Positions 36,040 through 45,691 are shown, counted from the first letter of the stretch. The stretch: 64,000 nt of DNA from Parcubacteria group bacterium GW2011_GWA1_56_13 (GCA_001004905.1 LCRY01000001.1:10461-74460), one strand, 5' to 3'. Translations and numbers: made by a program. The notes: generated from the sequence alone by a model not told the origin.

Positions 36040-36564
36040 ATGAACTTACTGCACGACATCGATCCGGGAACGAAGGAAGCGATGAACGTCATCATCGAGA
36101 TCCCGAAGGATTCGCACAACAAGTACGAGATAGACAAGAAAACCGGTCTCATCAAGCTCGACCGCGCGAATTATTCTTCGGCGGCGTATCCGTTTGACTA
36201 TGGCTTCGTGCCTCAAACGCTCTGGGACGACGGCGATGCGCTTGACGTGATCGTGCTTACCACCTACCCGCTTGATGTCGGTGTTCTGGTCGTCGCCCGC
36301 CCCGTCGGCATTCTCCATATGGTGGATAACGGCGATGCCGACGAAAAGATAATCGCGGTACCGGTCGAGGACAAGCGCTGGGACGACGTGCAGGATATCA
36401 ACGACGTAAATCAGCACCAGCTCAAAGAATTCGTTCATTTCTTTGAGACGTACAAGCAGCTCAAGGGAAAGCCGGTGTCGGTGAAAATCGACGGATACGA
36501 GGACGGCGCGAAGGCGATGGAGGCCTTCGAGCGCGCATGCAGGCTGTATAGCGACAAAAAATAA
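36040..36564 (+). CDS. ppa: Inorganic pyrophosphatase (family I)
   Basis: DGDALDVIVL signature; 174 aa. Confidence 0.9.
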   Translation: MNLLHDIDPGTKEAMNVIIEIPKDSHNKYEIDKKTGLIKLDRANYSSAAYPFDYGFVPQTLWDDGDALDVIVLTTYPLDVGVLVVARPVGILHMVDNGDADEKIIAVPVEDKRWDDVQDINDVNQHQLKEFVHFFETYKQLKGKPVSVKIDGYEDGAKAMEAFERACRLYSDKK

Positions 36565-36565
36565 C

Positions 36566-36808
36566 ATGGAGAACAAAACATTTATTCCACGTGATGAACC
36601 AGTACGGGAAACCATCCCGACAATGCCGGAATCCTCGGTACCACCGAGCGCCCCGTTCCCCGGGACGCCGTCACCGAAAGCGCAGTCCTGGGGCGTCGTC
36701 ATTTCGATCATCATCATCATGCTTATGATCATCGTCGGCGCCTTCTACGCTTGGGGCAAGCGGATCGCTCAAGAACGCGCGCTCATCGCGCCTACGGCCG
36801 ACCAATAA
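36566..36808 (+). CDS. Hypothetical small single-pass membrane protein
   Basis: Pro-rich N-terminus, then TM VVISIIIIMLMIIVGAFYAW; ATGA overlap with the ppa stop. Confidence 0.4.
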   Translation: MENKTFIPRDEPVRETIPTMPESSVPPSAPFPGTPSPKAQSWGVVISIIIIMLMIIVGAFYAWGKRIAQERALIAPTADQ

Positions 36809-36901
36809 TCTTTGAAACAAAACCTCCCCCTCGTCTGCCGCGAACAAACAATTAAGAATATATTTGTTACTCAGATCACGTGATGGTATAATGTAAGCAT
36901 C

Positions 36902-37504
36902 ATGTATAAAAGCAACCAGCCGCGCGCATCTATGCTCGTTCCGATGGTCATCGAAAAGAGCCAGTTCGGTGAGCGCGCGTACGACATTTACTCGCGTCTT
37001 CTCAAGGAGCGTATCGTTTTTCTTGGCGGTCCGATCGACGACGACGTCGCTAATCTCGTCATTGCCCAACTCCTCTTCCTCGAGGCGGAGGACCCGAAAA
37101 AGGACATTTCGCTCTACATAAACTCTCCGGGCGGCTCGGTCACCGCGACGTTGGCCATGGTCGATACCATGAATCATGTGAAGCCCTCGGTCTCCACTGT
37201 CTGCGTCGGCATGGCGGCATCCGGCGCGGCGATCCTGCTTTCCGCCGGCGCAAAAGGCAAGCGCTTCGCGCTTCCGAACGCGGAAGTGATGATCCATCAA
37301 CCGCACGGCGGCGCCGAGGGCCAGGCGACCGACATCGAGATCACCGCAAAACAGATCATTAAGTTGCGCGAACGGCTGAATCACATTCTCGCGAAAAATA
37401 CCGGCCAATCATTCGAGAAGATCGAGAAGGATGTGGAGCGCGATTTCTTCATGACTGCAGAGGAAGCGAAGAAATACGGTCTTGTTGACCAGGTCTATAA
37501 ATGA
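36902..37504 (+). CDS. clpP: ATP-dependent Clp protease proteolytic subunit
   Basis: 200 aa; [12 protein letters not shown]; catalytic Ser region MAASGAA, His/Asp; ClpP family. Confidence 0.9.
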   Translation: MYKSNQPRASMLVPMVIEKSQFGERAYDIYSRLLKERIVFLGGPIDDDVANLVIAQLLFLEAEDPKKDISLYINSPGGSVTATLAMVDTMNHVKPSVSTVCVGMAASGAAILLSAGAKGKRFALPNAEVMIHQPHGGAEGQATDIEITAKQIIKLRERLNHILAKNTGQSFEKIEKDVERDFFMTAEEAKKYGLVDQVYK

Positions 37505-37512
37505 TATCGAGA

Positions 37513-37558
37513 GAAAAACGGACGGAGGTTCCCAGTGGGACCCTCCGTCCGTTTTTTA
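37513..37558 (+). terminator. Rho-independent terminator after clpP
   Basis: aacggacggagg-ttcccagtggga-ccctccgtccgtt followed by TTTTT. Confidence 0.65.
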
Positions 37559-37704
37559 TGACACGTTAGTTCCTGTGCGGCAATAGCATGCGGTGTGGTA
37601 TCTTTACCTGACGCTGACCGACCGTACGCTGTCCCGGGAGACCCTCCGTATTTCCTTTTACTTGAACGAGACCCGCCTTCGGGGCGGATAACTATGACGG
37701 GCGT

Positions 37705-39234
37705 ATGTCACTCAAAATCATACTGATCATGCTCGCGCTTTCCGGCGTGGGCGGCATCGTGCTCGGCTACGTGCTTCGCGTTCTTATCGGGCTCGCTCAG
37801 CGCGGCTCGATCGAGCTCGAAATAAAACAGAAAATGCTCCAGGCGAAGGAGCAGGCAGCGAAGATAATCGCCGATGCGGAATTCCGCGGAGAGGTCGTCG
37901 AGACCGAACGCCTCGCACCCGTTGAAGAACGCGAAGAAAAAGTCGCTGCACGGGAAGAGCGCGTCGCCTCGCGGGAGGAATTTCTCGATTCCCGCCAAAG
38001 GGACCTCGACGAAAAGGAAGTCGAAGTACGCGCGCGCGAACAACAAGCCGTGCATGCGAGAGCCGCGGCAGAAAAACTGACAGCCGAGCGGTCCAAGGAA
38101 CTCGCGAAGGTTGCCAACCTGTCGGAGGACAAAGCGCGTGAAGAGTTATTTTCCCAGATCGAGCGCGCCTACGAAGAGGCGATCCTTTTGCGTCTCCAGA
38201 AGCTCGAGGCGCACGGCCGGGAGCGCCTCGAGGACAAGGCGCGCGCCATTCTGACGTCCACCATTCATCGCCTCGGGAACGCGGTCAATGCTGAAGTGAT
38301 GTCTCTCTCGGTGGCGCTCCCCTCGGAAGAACTCAAGGGGAAGATCATAGGCAAAGAAGGACGCAACATCAAAGCGTTCGAGCGCGCGACCGGGGTGGAC
38401 GTCATCATTGACGATTCGCCGGAGAAGATAACGCTTTCCTCGTTCGATCCGCTCCGTCGCGCGGTCGCAAAGATCGCGCTTGAGAAGCTCATCGCCGATG
38501 GCCGTATCCAACCCGCGAAAATAGAGGAAACCGTGGAAAAAACGCGCGCCGAGGTGGCCGAGATCGTGAAGCAGAAAGGTGAAGCCGCTGCGTACGAGGC
38601 CGGCGTCATCGGGCTCGACCCGAAGCTCACCGCGCTTTTGGGTCGTCTCCATTTCCGCACGAGCTATGGGCAGAACGTACTCACGCACTCCATCGAGATG
38701 GCGCATATCGCCGGCATGCTCGCGGGAGAGCTCGGTGCGGACGCGGCCGTGGCGCGCACGGGCGCCCTCCTCCATGACATCGGGAAAGCTGTTGACCATG
38801 AAGTGCAGGGCACCCACGTAGAGATCGGACGTCGCATCCTGGAAAAATTCGGTATTGACCAGCGCATCATACAGGCAATGCAGTCGCACCACGAAGAGCA
38901 TCCCTACGAGACGCCCGAAGCGGTCATTGTCCAGGTCGCCGACGCGATATCGGGCGGTCGCCCGGGCGCCCGCCGCGACACCGTTGACCGCTATCTGGAA
39001 CGCCTCGGCGATCTGGAGCGCCTCGCCAGCACTTTCCCCGGTGTCGAGAAGGTGTACGCCATCGCGGCAGGGCGCGAAATACGCATCTTCGTGAATCCCG
39101 GCAAGGTTTCCGACCTGGCTATGCACGCCCTGGCCCGGGACATCGCGAAGCGCATACAGGAAGAATTGAAATATCCGGGCGAAATCAAGGTCAATATCAT
39201 CCGGGAGAACCGGGTCGTCGAGTTTGCCCGCTGA
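37705..39234 (+). CDS. rny: Ribonuclease Y
   Basis: N-terminal TM; coiled coil; KH domain; HD domain LLHDIGKAVDHE; 509 aa. Confidence 0.9.
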   Translation: MSLKIILIMLALSGVGGIVLGYVLRVLIGLAQRGSIELEIKQKMLQAKEQAAKIIADAEFRGEVVETERLAPVEEREEKVAAREERVASREEFLDSRQRDLDEKEVEVRAREQQAVHARAAAEKLTAERSKELAKVANLSEDKAREELFSQIERAYEEAILLRLQKLEAHGRERLEDKARAILTSTIHRLGNAVNAEVMSLSVALPSEELKGKIIGKEGRNIKAFERATGVDVIIDDSPEKITLSSFDPLRRAVAKIALEKLIADGRIQPAKIEETVEKTRAEVAEIVKQKGEAAAYEAGVIGLDPKLTALLGRLHFRTSYGQNVLTHSIEMAHIAGMLAGELGADAAVARTGALLHDIGKAVDHEVQGTHVEIGRRILEKFGIDQRIIQAMQSHHEEHPYETPEAVIVQVADAISGGRPGARRDTVDRYLERLGDLERLASTFPGVEKVYAIAAGREIRIFVNPGKVSDLAMHALARDIAKRIQEELKYPGEIKVNIIRENRVVEFAR

Positions 39235-39397
39235 TTTCGCATTATCCACGCCCCTCTGGCAAGGGGATTGCGCAAAATGGCGCATTTCCTATACTTTCCC
39301 CCATACCCTCCTTCGCCTCGCCCGGAGCTCGGCTTCGGCAGGGCACGGCCCACCGACCGGGCATAGGCAGGGTTGTTTACTAGGTAAAACTATATTC

Positions 39398-39670
39398 ATG
39401 AATAAAGCAGACATTGTCGACAAGGTGCACGGCGTCCTGGGCACGACGAAAGCGGACGCCGAACGCGCCGTCGAGTGCATGATCGATTCCATCGTTTCCG
39501 GCCTCAAATCCGGCAATGAAGTATCGATCGCCGGCCTCGGCATCTTCGCGACGAAGGCGCGTCCCGCGCGCCAGGGCCGCAATCCTCGCACCGGCGAGAC
39601 GATTCACATCGCAGCGAGCCGCACCGCGAAATTCCGCACCGCCAAAGCGCTTAAAGACGCCGTCAAATAA
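39398..39670 (+). CDS. hup: DNA-binding protein HU
   Basis: 90 aa; MNKADIVDKV...GLGIFATKARPARQGRNPRTGETIHIAASRTAKF classic HU/IHF fold motifs; lies within the longer track ORF 39224-39670. Confidence 0.9.
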   Translation: MNKADIVDKVHGVLGTTKADAERAVECMIDSIVSGLKSGNEVSIAGLGIFATKARPARQGRNPRTGETIHIAASRTAKFRTAKALKDAVK

Positions 39671-39698
39671 TAGGCAGGAAGCAGAAGACAGTATGCAG

Positions 39699-39736
39699 AA
39701 AAGAACGCGGCGCCTCTGGGCGCCGCGTTCTTTTTG
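39699..39736 (+). terminator. Rho-independent terminator after hup
   Basis: gaacgcggcgcc-tctg-ggcgccgcgttc followed by TTTTT. Confidence 0.7.
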
Positions 39737-39981
39737 ATATTCGAAGATTATGGATTATTTCGGTCTTCGTTCGCGCGCTTTTCTGCGAGTTCCTCCGGCG
39801 TCATCACAACAAGCGATTCCGGATCTACGAGAGGCTTCTTTGTCTCTTGCTCTTTCTCCTCTCCGCTTTTCGAGAAGAGCTTTTCAAATGGATTCATCAG
39901 GGCATCGTTAATGGCTATAACCTAATGGTAGAGCACTAGGCCCGCCTGTCAACCGAGGCCGAGGCGAGGTACTTCTTTTTC

Positions 39982-40704
39982 TCAGTTTTTCTGGGGAAAT
40001 AATTCCCCATACACCTCCTGCGGCCGCGCTTTCGTAGACAGCGCCTTGATGGTTTCATGGAGCGCCAGATAGGCAGTGACAGCGAGCGGGTCGCGCGTAA
40101 CCATCGCCTTCTTTTTTGCTCGATCGGTGATTAAGACCATTGTGCCGTCAGAAATAATTTCTAGATTTTCTAACTCTGGAGTATCGGCGGTGATATGCAG
40201 TATGGTTGGTCGCCGCAGATGAGATAAAAGCTCCTCTTTTGCCACCCGCTTTATCAGTTCAACGCCTCTCGTTGTCAGAATCCCGTCGACAATAATCTGT
40301 CGTAGTCGTTGGCGATGGTGAACAGGTTTGTATGTGGTTCCTCTCGATATCTCTTCCGTAAGCACGCGCACCGCCTCTGCACCCTGAATACCCCAAAGCT
40401 TCTGGGACGGGCTTCTTGTGAGCATTTCATACGCGCGTTCGATCGGGATTTCCATAGAACCGGTCCCCGCTTCTAACGGCTCCAAGATCCAGGTATAAAT
40501 TCTGCCGGTTCGGTCTTGCCGCACCAGTCCTCTCTTTTCTAATCGCCTCAAATTATAAAGCAATGTGAGCCGCTTCTTATCCAATCGCTCTTCAAGTTCC
40601 CGCATCGATGCGGGCTTTCTCGATGCATACAACGCTTTCAGCAGTGACACCTGTGTCTTATTAAACCCTCCCCTTCTAAGCTCTATGTTAAAAATATTTG
40701 ACAT
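39982..40704 (-). CDS. Winged-helix (MarR/ArsR-like) DNA-binding protein with an unknown C-terminal domain
   Basis: N-terminal wHTH LLKALYASRKPASMRELEERLDKKRLTLLYNLRRLEKRGLV; 240 aa; lower GC than the neighbours. Confidence 0.5.
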   Translation of the reverse strand: MSNIFNIELRRGGFNKTQVSLLKALYASRKPASMRELEERLDKKRLTLLYNLRRLEKRGLVRQDRTGRIYTWILEPLEAGTGSMEIPIERAYEMLTRSPSQKLWGIQGAEAVRVLTEEISRGTTYKPVHHRQRLRQIIVDGILTTRGVELIKRVAKEELLSHLRRPTILHITADTPELENLEIISDGTMVLITDRAKKKAMVTRDPLAVTAYLALHETIKALSTKARPQEVYGELFPQKN

Positions 40705-40834
40705 ATAATATCTTACAACTATGGCTTAGTTGCTGGGGAAAAGCAACTGCACAGAAGAGGATAGTAAATCACCCTTGCAGAATTTGATACTGATTGCAGA
40801 TGTTCCTCTGCAGGGCCTTCACAAGGAGAATGCC

Positions 40835-41074
40835 ATGAAAGTAAGACAGATTTCACCAGAGTGCGGCATAGGGATGTGCCCCACGGTGTTTCAGATATCG
40901 CCTGATTGCGGCCTCGGAGCCTGCGCGACAGTTTTCGAAGCCGAGGGCGACCTGATCATCGTCGGTACCGTCCTCACGGCGGAAGAGCTTGGGGCGGTCG
41001 CGCACAAGGTCAAATCAGGGGAAGAAATGGCGGTGCGCGTCCCCAAATCGCTCATCGCTGGCCTCAAGATCTGA
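40835..41074 (+). CDS. Hypothetical small protein with a tandem Cys-x4-Cys repeat
   Basis: ISPECGIGMCPTVFQ / ISPDCGLGACATVFE tandem 15-aa repeat; 79 aa; followed by a terminator. Confidence 0.35.
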   Translation: MKVRQISPECGIGMCPTVFQISPDCGLGACATVFEAEGDLIIVGTVLTAEELGAVAHKVKSGEEMAVRVPKSLIAGLKI

Positions 41075-41088
41075 TTCTCGCTTACCTA

Positions 41089-41116
41089 GGCCGCACGAAT
41101 CATGCGGCCTTTTTTG
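41089..41116 (+). terminator. Rho-independent terminator
   Basis: ggccgcacgaatcatgcggcc followed by TTTTTT. Confidence 0.6.
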
Positions 41117-41127
41117 TGGAGAAGCTA

Positions 41128-41589
41128 ATGTCAGTTGTACATAGGCATTTCTACCAAACGTCCGAGTGGATAGCATTGGGCTGCGTCGGGACTGCCATCA
41201 TGCTTGAGTACATTTTCCCCCTGCCAAAGATGCCACAGTGGTACCTACCGAATGCAGGAATTGGGCTCGTTCTAGGTGCAGTAGCCATTCTCTGTTGGTG
41301 CCAGATTCTCTTTCAAAGGTCAGGACAATCCACCAAGCCAAGACGCCCAACAACGAAACTCATTACTTGGGGACCATATCGATATTCGCGCAATCCCATC
41401 TATGTGGCGCTCGTTACGCTGATATTCGGCGTCGGACTTATGGGCGGATGGCTCTGGGTCGATGGGTCTGCAATAGTGACAGCTTTCTTTGTCCGCGAGC
41501 TACTGATTCTTCCAGAAGAAGAGTATTTAGAAAAGGTATTCAATGGAGAGTATATTGAGTACAAAAAGAAGGTAAGGCGTTGGATATAA
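41128..41589 (+). CDS. Isoprenylcysteine carboxyl methyltransferase (ICMT/PEMT) family membrane methyltransferase
   Basis: TWGPYRYSRNPIYVALV motif; 4-5 TM; 153 aa. Confidence 0.7.
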   Translation: MSVVHRHFYQTSEWIALGCVGTAIMLEYIFPLPKMPQWYLPNAGIGLVLGAVAILCWCQILFQRSGQSTKPRRPTTKLITWGPYRYSRNPIYVALVTLIFGVGLMGGWLWVDGSAIVTAFFVRELLILPEEEYLEKVFNGEYIEYKKKVRRWI

Positions 41590-41631
41590 TCGATTAACCG
41601 ATCGCTTCGCGACCCATGCGAAGCGATTTTC

Positions 41632-42807
41632 TTATGGTCTCAAGTACTTCTTTTTCTGTAATTTGTCGGGGAGATACGACCCTTCGTCGTATTTCTCATA
41701 ACCCTTACCATAATCAAGCCATTTCATCAGCTTCGTAACCGGATTGCGGAGCTTTTTTGGAACGGGCAGATTGCCGTATTCGCGCACGTCCGCCTGCGCC
41801 GCGCGGAGCGCATCATACGCGGAGCGGTTCTTCTTCGCGCCCGCGAGATACGCAACGCCGTGGGCAAGATTGATGGCACACTCCGGGTACCCGATGGTCT
41901 CGCACGCGCGGAATACCGCGTTCGCGACCACCAGCGCCGTCGGCTGGGCAAGCCCTATGTCTTCCGAAGCGAAGACCACCATTCTCCGTGCGATGAAGAG
42001 CGGGTCCTCTCCCGCATCCACCATCCGAGCAAGGTAGTAGAGCGCCGCGTCCGCCTGCGAAGCACGCATGCTCTTAATGAACGCGCTAATAGTGTCGTAA
42101 TGTTCCTCGCCTTTCTTGTCGTAGCGCAGACGGGGCGATTCAAGCGCCCTACCAAGCGTGTCGGCGGTAATTGCGCCATACAAACTCTGCGCACCCTCCA
42201 TCATGCCGAGCGCCTTGCGTGCATCCCCGTTCGCGTAGCCGAGAAGCCAATCAAAGGCGTCCTTCCCCACTTTCAATTTCGTGCTTTTAACGATGGCGCG
42301 AAGCGCCTCTTCGGAGAGCGGTTCCAAAACGAACACACGGCAGCGCGACAGAAGTGGCGCGATGACTTCAAACGAAGGATTCTCGGTCGTCGCGCCGATG
42401 AGCGTCAACTCCCCGCTTTCGACGTAGGGCAGGAGGAAATCCTGCTGGCTCTTGTTGAACCGGTGTATCTCGTCCAAGAATAAAACTTTCGGTTTTTCGC
42501 TCAGCGACGCCGATTGCGCAACGGCTTTCGAAGCCCGCTTCGCTGGCGAGGGAGAGCCGACTATTTTCTTTATGTCCTCTTTCCCCGCCGATACGGCAGA
42601 CAGTTCAAATAATTCCGCATCCAGCGCGCGGGCGTAGATACGCGCTATGGTCGTCTTGCCGGACCCCGGCGGCCCCCAAAGGATGAACGAAAACAGATGC
42701 TTTTTCTCTGCCGCGACCCGGATGGGTTTACCTTTTCCTACGAGGTGCTCCTGTCCAACGACGTCATTGAGCGTCTGCGGCCGTATGCGCGCGGCAAGAG
42801 GTTCCAT
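41632..42807 (-). CDS. rarA: Replication-associated recombination protein A (AAA+ ATPase)
   Basis: LWGPPGSGKTTIARIY Walker A; LFLDEIHRFNKSQQD; MgsA C-terminal domain; 391 aa. Confidence 0.9.
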   Translation of the reverse strand: MEPLAARIRPQTLNDVVGQEHLVGKGKPIRVAAEKKHLFSFILWGPPGSGKTTIARIYARALDAELFELSAVSAGKEDIKKIVGSPSPAKRASKAVAQSASLSEKPKVLFLDEIHRFNKSQQDFLLPYVESGELTLIGATTENPSFEVIAPLLSRCRVFVLEPLSEEALRAIVKSTKLKVGKDAFDWLLGYANGDARKALGMMEGAQSLYGAITADTLGRALESPRLRYDKKGEEHYDTISAFIKSMRASQADAALYYLARMVDAGEDPLFIARRMVVFASEDIGLAQPTALVVANAVFRACETIGYPECAINLAHGVAYLAGAKKNRSAYDALRAAQADVREYGNLPVPKKLRNPVTKLMKWLDYGKGYEKYDEGSYLPDKLQKKKYLRP

Positions 42808-42808
42808 G

Positions 42809-42879
42809 TGCGGGATACCGGAATCGAACCGGTGCTATCAGTTTGGAAAACTGATGTTCTACCATTAAACTAATCCCGC
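42809..42879 (-). tRNA. tRNA-Trp (anticodon CCA), no encoded 3' CCA
   Basis: Cloverleaf read manually: GCGGGAT...anticodon loop TTCCAAA...GGTTCGATTCC...ATCCCGCA; abuts the rarA start. Confidence 0.75.
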
Positions 42880-42911
42880 TTGATGCGAGAATACCATTTT
42901 TGGGATAGCGT

Positions 42912-44048
42912 ATGAATATGCTGCGCTTTTTGCCGTATGTCGGCGCTCTTGCCGTTCTTGCACTTGTCGCTCTTGCCATCTCCTTCTCAAGCGGCGCATC
43001 GGCGCGGTATTCCCCCTCCGCCACCACCCCACATGCCTCCTCGACGCTTTCCGTGTTGCCCTCTTTCGTTTTCCCGGCTCTTACCTTCCCCTCTCTGGAA
43101 CCACGGACATCGGCAGCGACCGTCTCAGCGTCTCGCGCCAGCCCATCCGCGCCTTTGGTGCTCGCTCCCGCTGAAAACCCGGCTGCGGCGGCATCTTCTT
43201 CGCCAGCGCTTCCTGCACATACGCCACTCATTTCCTCCGGGGCGGCGCTGCGTAAGGCGCTGGTAAATATCATCTGTCGCGTTCCAGCAAATGTCGGTCT
43301 GCTCTCGATAACGGGAAGCGGCGTCATGGTACACCCGAAAGGCATCATCCTTACCAATGCCCACATCGGGCAATATTTTCTTTTCGCCGACCGCGGTATT
43401 TCCTGCGTCGTCCGCACCGGCGGTCCGGCCGTCAGTGCCTACAAGGCCTCCCTCCTCTATCTCTCGCCGGCATGGATTCAAGCGAATTCAAGCGTGCTTA
43501 CCGAGGCGAATCCAAAAGGGACCGGACAGTACGACTTCGCCCTCCTCGCCGTCACCGGAAGCGCGACCGCCAAAGCGCTCCCCGCCTCGTATCCGTACGT
43601 GCCGCTCGCGGCGCAGCCGCCAAATACTGGAACTCCAGTCGCCATCGCTTCATATGGCGCGCAATTTCTCGGTCCCGAGCAGATAGAATCCGCCCTCTTC
43701 CCCACCGTTGTCTTCGGCTCGGTGAAGGACATCTACACGTTCGGCGACGATACGATCGACGTGCTCGCGCTCGGCGGTTCGGCAGCGGCACAGGAAGGTT
43801 CTTCCGGCGGCGGCGTGGTGGAGGCAGATGGGGAACTTGTCGGCATCATCACCACGAGCACCCTGCAAGATGATACCGGCGCGCGCTCCCTCCATGCCAT
43901 TACGGCGTCCTATATCAGGACCGAATACGCAAATGAAACGGGAAAAACGTTGAGCGCTCTGCTTGCGAAGTCGCTCGCAAGCGCTGTCGCTGATTTCTCT
44001 CTGACGCTTCCCGCGCTTGAGGCCATTCTCGTCGCTCATTTGCCCTAG
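42912..44048 (+). CDS. Secreted trypsin-like (S1 family) serine protease
   Basis: N-terminal TM/signal; catalytic triad context TNAHIG (His), DFALLAV (Asp), GSSGGGVV (Ser); 378 aa. Confidence 0.75.
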   Translation: MNMLRFLPYVGALAVLALVALAISFSSGASARYSPSATTPHASSTLSVLPSFVFPALTFPSLEPRTSAATVSASRASPSAPLVLAPAENPAAAASSSPALPAHTPLISSGAALRKALVNIICRVPANVGLLSITGSGVMVHPKGIILTNAHIGQYFLFADRGISCVVRTGGPAVSAYKASLLYLSPAWIQANSSVLTEANPKGTGQYDFALLAVTGSATAKALPASYPYVPLAAQPPNTGTPVAIASYGAQFLGPEQIESALFPTVVFGSVKDIYTFGDDTIDVLALGGSAAAQEGSSGGGVVEADGELVGIITTSTLQDDTGARSLHAITASYIRTEYANETGKTLSALLAKSLASAVADFSLTLPALEAILVAHLP

Positions 44049-44068
44049 AGTGCCGGTCAAGTTCTCTG

Positions 44069-44139
44069 TCGGGGCGCCGAGATTTGAACTCGGACTACAA
44101 CCTCCCAAAGGTCGCGTGCTACCGTTACACTACGCCCCG
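44069..44139 (-). tRNA. tRNA-Pro (anticodon TGG), no encoded CCA
   Basis: CGGGGCG acceptor; anticodon stem CGACC/GGTTG with loop TTTGGGA; T-arm CCGAG-TTCAAAT-CTCGG. Confidence 0.75.
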
Positions 44140-44159
44140 TTGCTTCGCACTTTAGCACC

Positions 44160-44555
44160 TCACACGATTTGCGGCAGGTAACTGACTCGTGCCATCCCAT
44201 CCCGGCGCCGGAGCCACACGAGGCAGCCATCCACCTGCCACTCCCCTTCCCAATTCTTTTCAAGGACATACCACTCGCCTGTGCGCGCGACTTTCCGTAC
44301 CTTCGCCTCATGCAGATTGAGCGACGGATCATACTCGTCCTCGGAACTTTTTTCGTCGCGGAATTCGTCAGTGAGTATGGTCTTTACTTCGACAAAATGT
44401 AAGGTATTTTCCCTCTTCGCCACGAGGTCAAGTTCGCCGGTTTTGCGCGTCACATTTCGGTCCTGGATGGAAAACCCGTGCCGCCGTAGATACTCGCACG
44501 CTACGTTTTCGCCAAGCATGCCGACCTCCTTGCGTGTGTAGGACGAGATATCCAT
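44160..44555 (-). CDS. yraN: YraN-family (UPF0102) PD-(D/E)xK endonuclease
   Basis: GENVACEYLRRHGFSIQDRNVTRKTGELDLVA...VEVK pattern; 131 aa. Confidence 0.8.
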   Translation of the reverse strand: MDISSYTRKEVGMLGENVACEYLRRHGFSIQDRNVTRKTGELDLVAKRENTLHFVEVKTILTDEFRDEKSSEDEYDPSLNLHEAKVRKVARTGEWYVLEKNWEGEWQVDGCLVWLRRRDGMARVSYLPQIV

Positions 44556-45010
44556 GCCCTTTATAAATATGGCTTATTCATTAAGTATTTCATGGACGGA
44601 TGGGAAAGTCCCATGTCCTTTATCCACAGTATGCACAGCTTTATCCACTTCAACACAAAACAAAAATATACGCAAAAATGACTATTTATTTGAGCGATTC
44701 TCCCAATCACCGCACAAAACCTCGTACGCTCGCTTGTGTGCGGGCTCGTCCACGATGTTCGAACCCGATACATCAATCGGGACCTCAAATTGCTCGAGTT
44801 AATTGACTCGATACAGAAGATAGAAAAAAATGCATTCGAACCCTCTTAGGGAAGTTGCTTGACGGTTAGCGTTCGTTTGTTACTGTCATCGCAGTTCTTT
44901 GATACGTTCAATTTAGGGTTTGCTGTAGCAGAGAGCGGCTTATTCACTTGGCCATTCCCTGCTATGGCAAACCTTCGATCTGAAGGAGTCCGCTGGCACC
45001 CAGCAAAAGG

Positions 45011-45379
45011 ATGATGACGATGCTTGCACGAAAAACTGCATTGATCACGTCTCGAGATCCAAAGGGCCGACAGGCAGTATCTATCTTCGAAGCCGCATAC
45101 AACCATTTAAACCTGAACGAGGGAGAAGCGCAGGTTCTGAACGAGCGCGGCAACAAGCTCAAACAAGGCATTGAACACCTGATTCACATCATCGTTATGG
45201 AACAGGCGCCAAGGGTGAAGGAAAGATGGCGTGTCCGATACCCTCACTCACCTCACGTGGCAGAAGTCGAGATCAAGGAAATCTCCGCGAAGGTTGTTCG
45301 GGTGAAAGAGTGTGGCTTCGGGCCCTTCTACACCTTCAAGATCACCGAGATTGAATTCCTGGAACTGTGCGCTTGGTAA
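45011..45379 (+). CDS. Hypothetical protein
   Basis: 122 aa; no recognisable motif; divergent from yraN across an AT-rich region. Confidence 0.4.
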   Translation: MMTMLARKTALITSRDPKGRQAVSIFEAAYNHLNLNEGEAQVLNERGNKLKQGIEHLIHIIVMEQAPRVKERWRVRYPHSPHVAEVEIKEISAKVVRVKECGFGPFYTFKITEIEFLELCAW

Positions 45380-45510
45380 CTTGGCCCCACCGCTCAAACA
45401 GACCCGCGTTTGTTCGAGCGGTTTCTGTTTCCCTACAAAATACATTGCCGATACAGAGTATTTTTCGTCTAGGTGTGAAACGTGCCACTCAAGCACGTTT
45501 TCTGTCCGGG

Positions 45511-45581
45511 TGCGGGTAGCGAGAATCGAACTCGCGTCAACTGATTGGCAACCAGTTGTTCTACCACTGAACCATACCCGC
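45511..45581 (-). tRNA. tRNA-Gly (anticodon GCC), no encoded CCA
   Basis: GCGGGTA acceptor; anticodon stem ACTGG/TCAGT with loop TTGCCAA; T-arm GCGAG-TTCGATT-CTCGC. Confidence 0.75.
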
Positions 45582-45619
45582 GCCGCAGCATGATACCACG
45601 CCACTGCTCTGTGTTTCTA

Positions 45620-45691
45620 GTGCCCCGACCAGGAATCGAACCCAGAATTCGACGTCCGAAGCGTCGCGTGATATCCGTTTCACCATCGGGG
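45620..45691 (-). tRNA. tRNA-Arg (anticodon TCG), no encoded CCA
   Basis: GCCCCGA acceptor; anticodon stem CGACG/CGTCG with loop CTTCGGA; TTCGATT T-loop. Confidence 0.7.
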
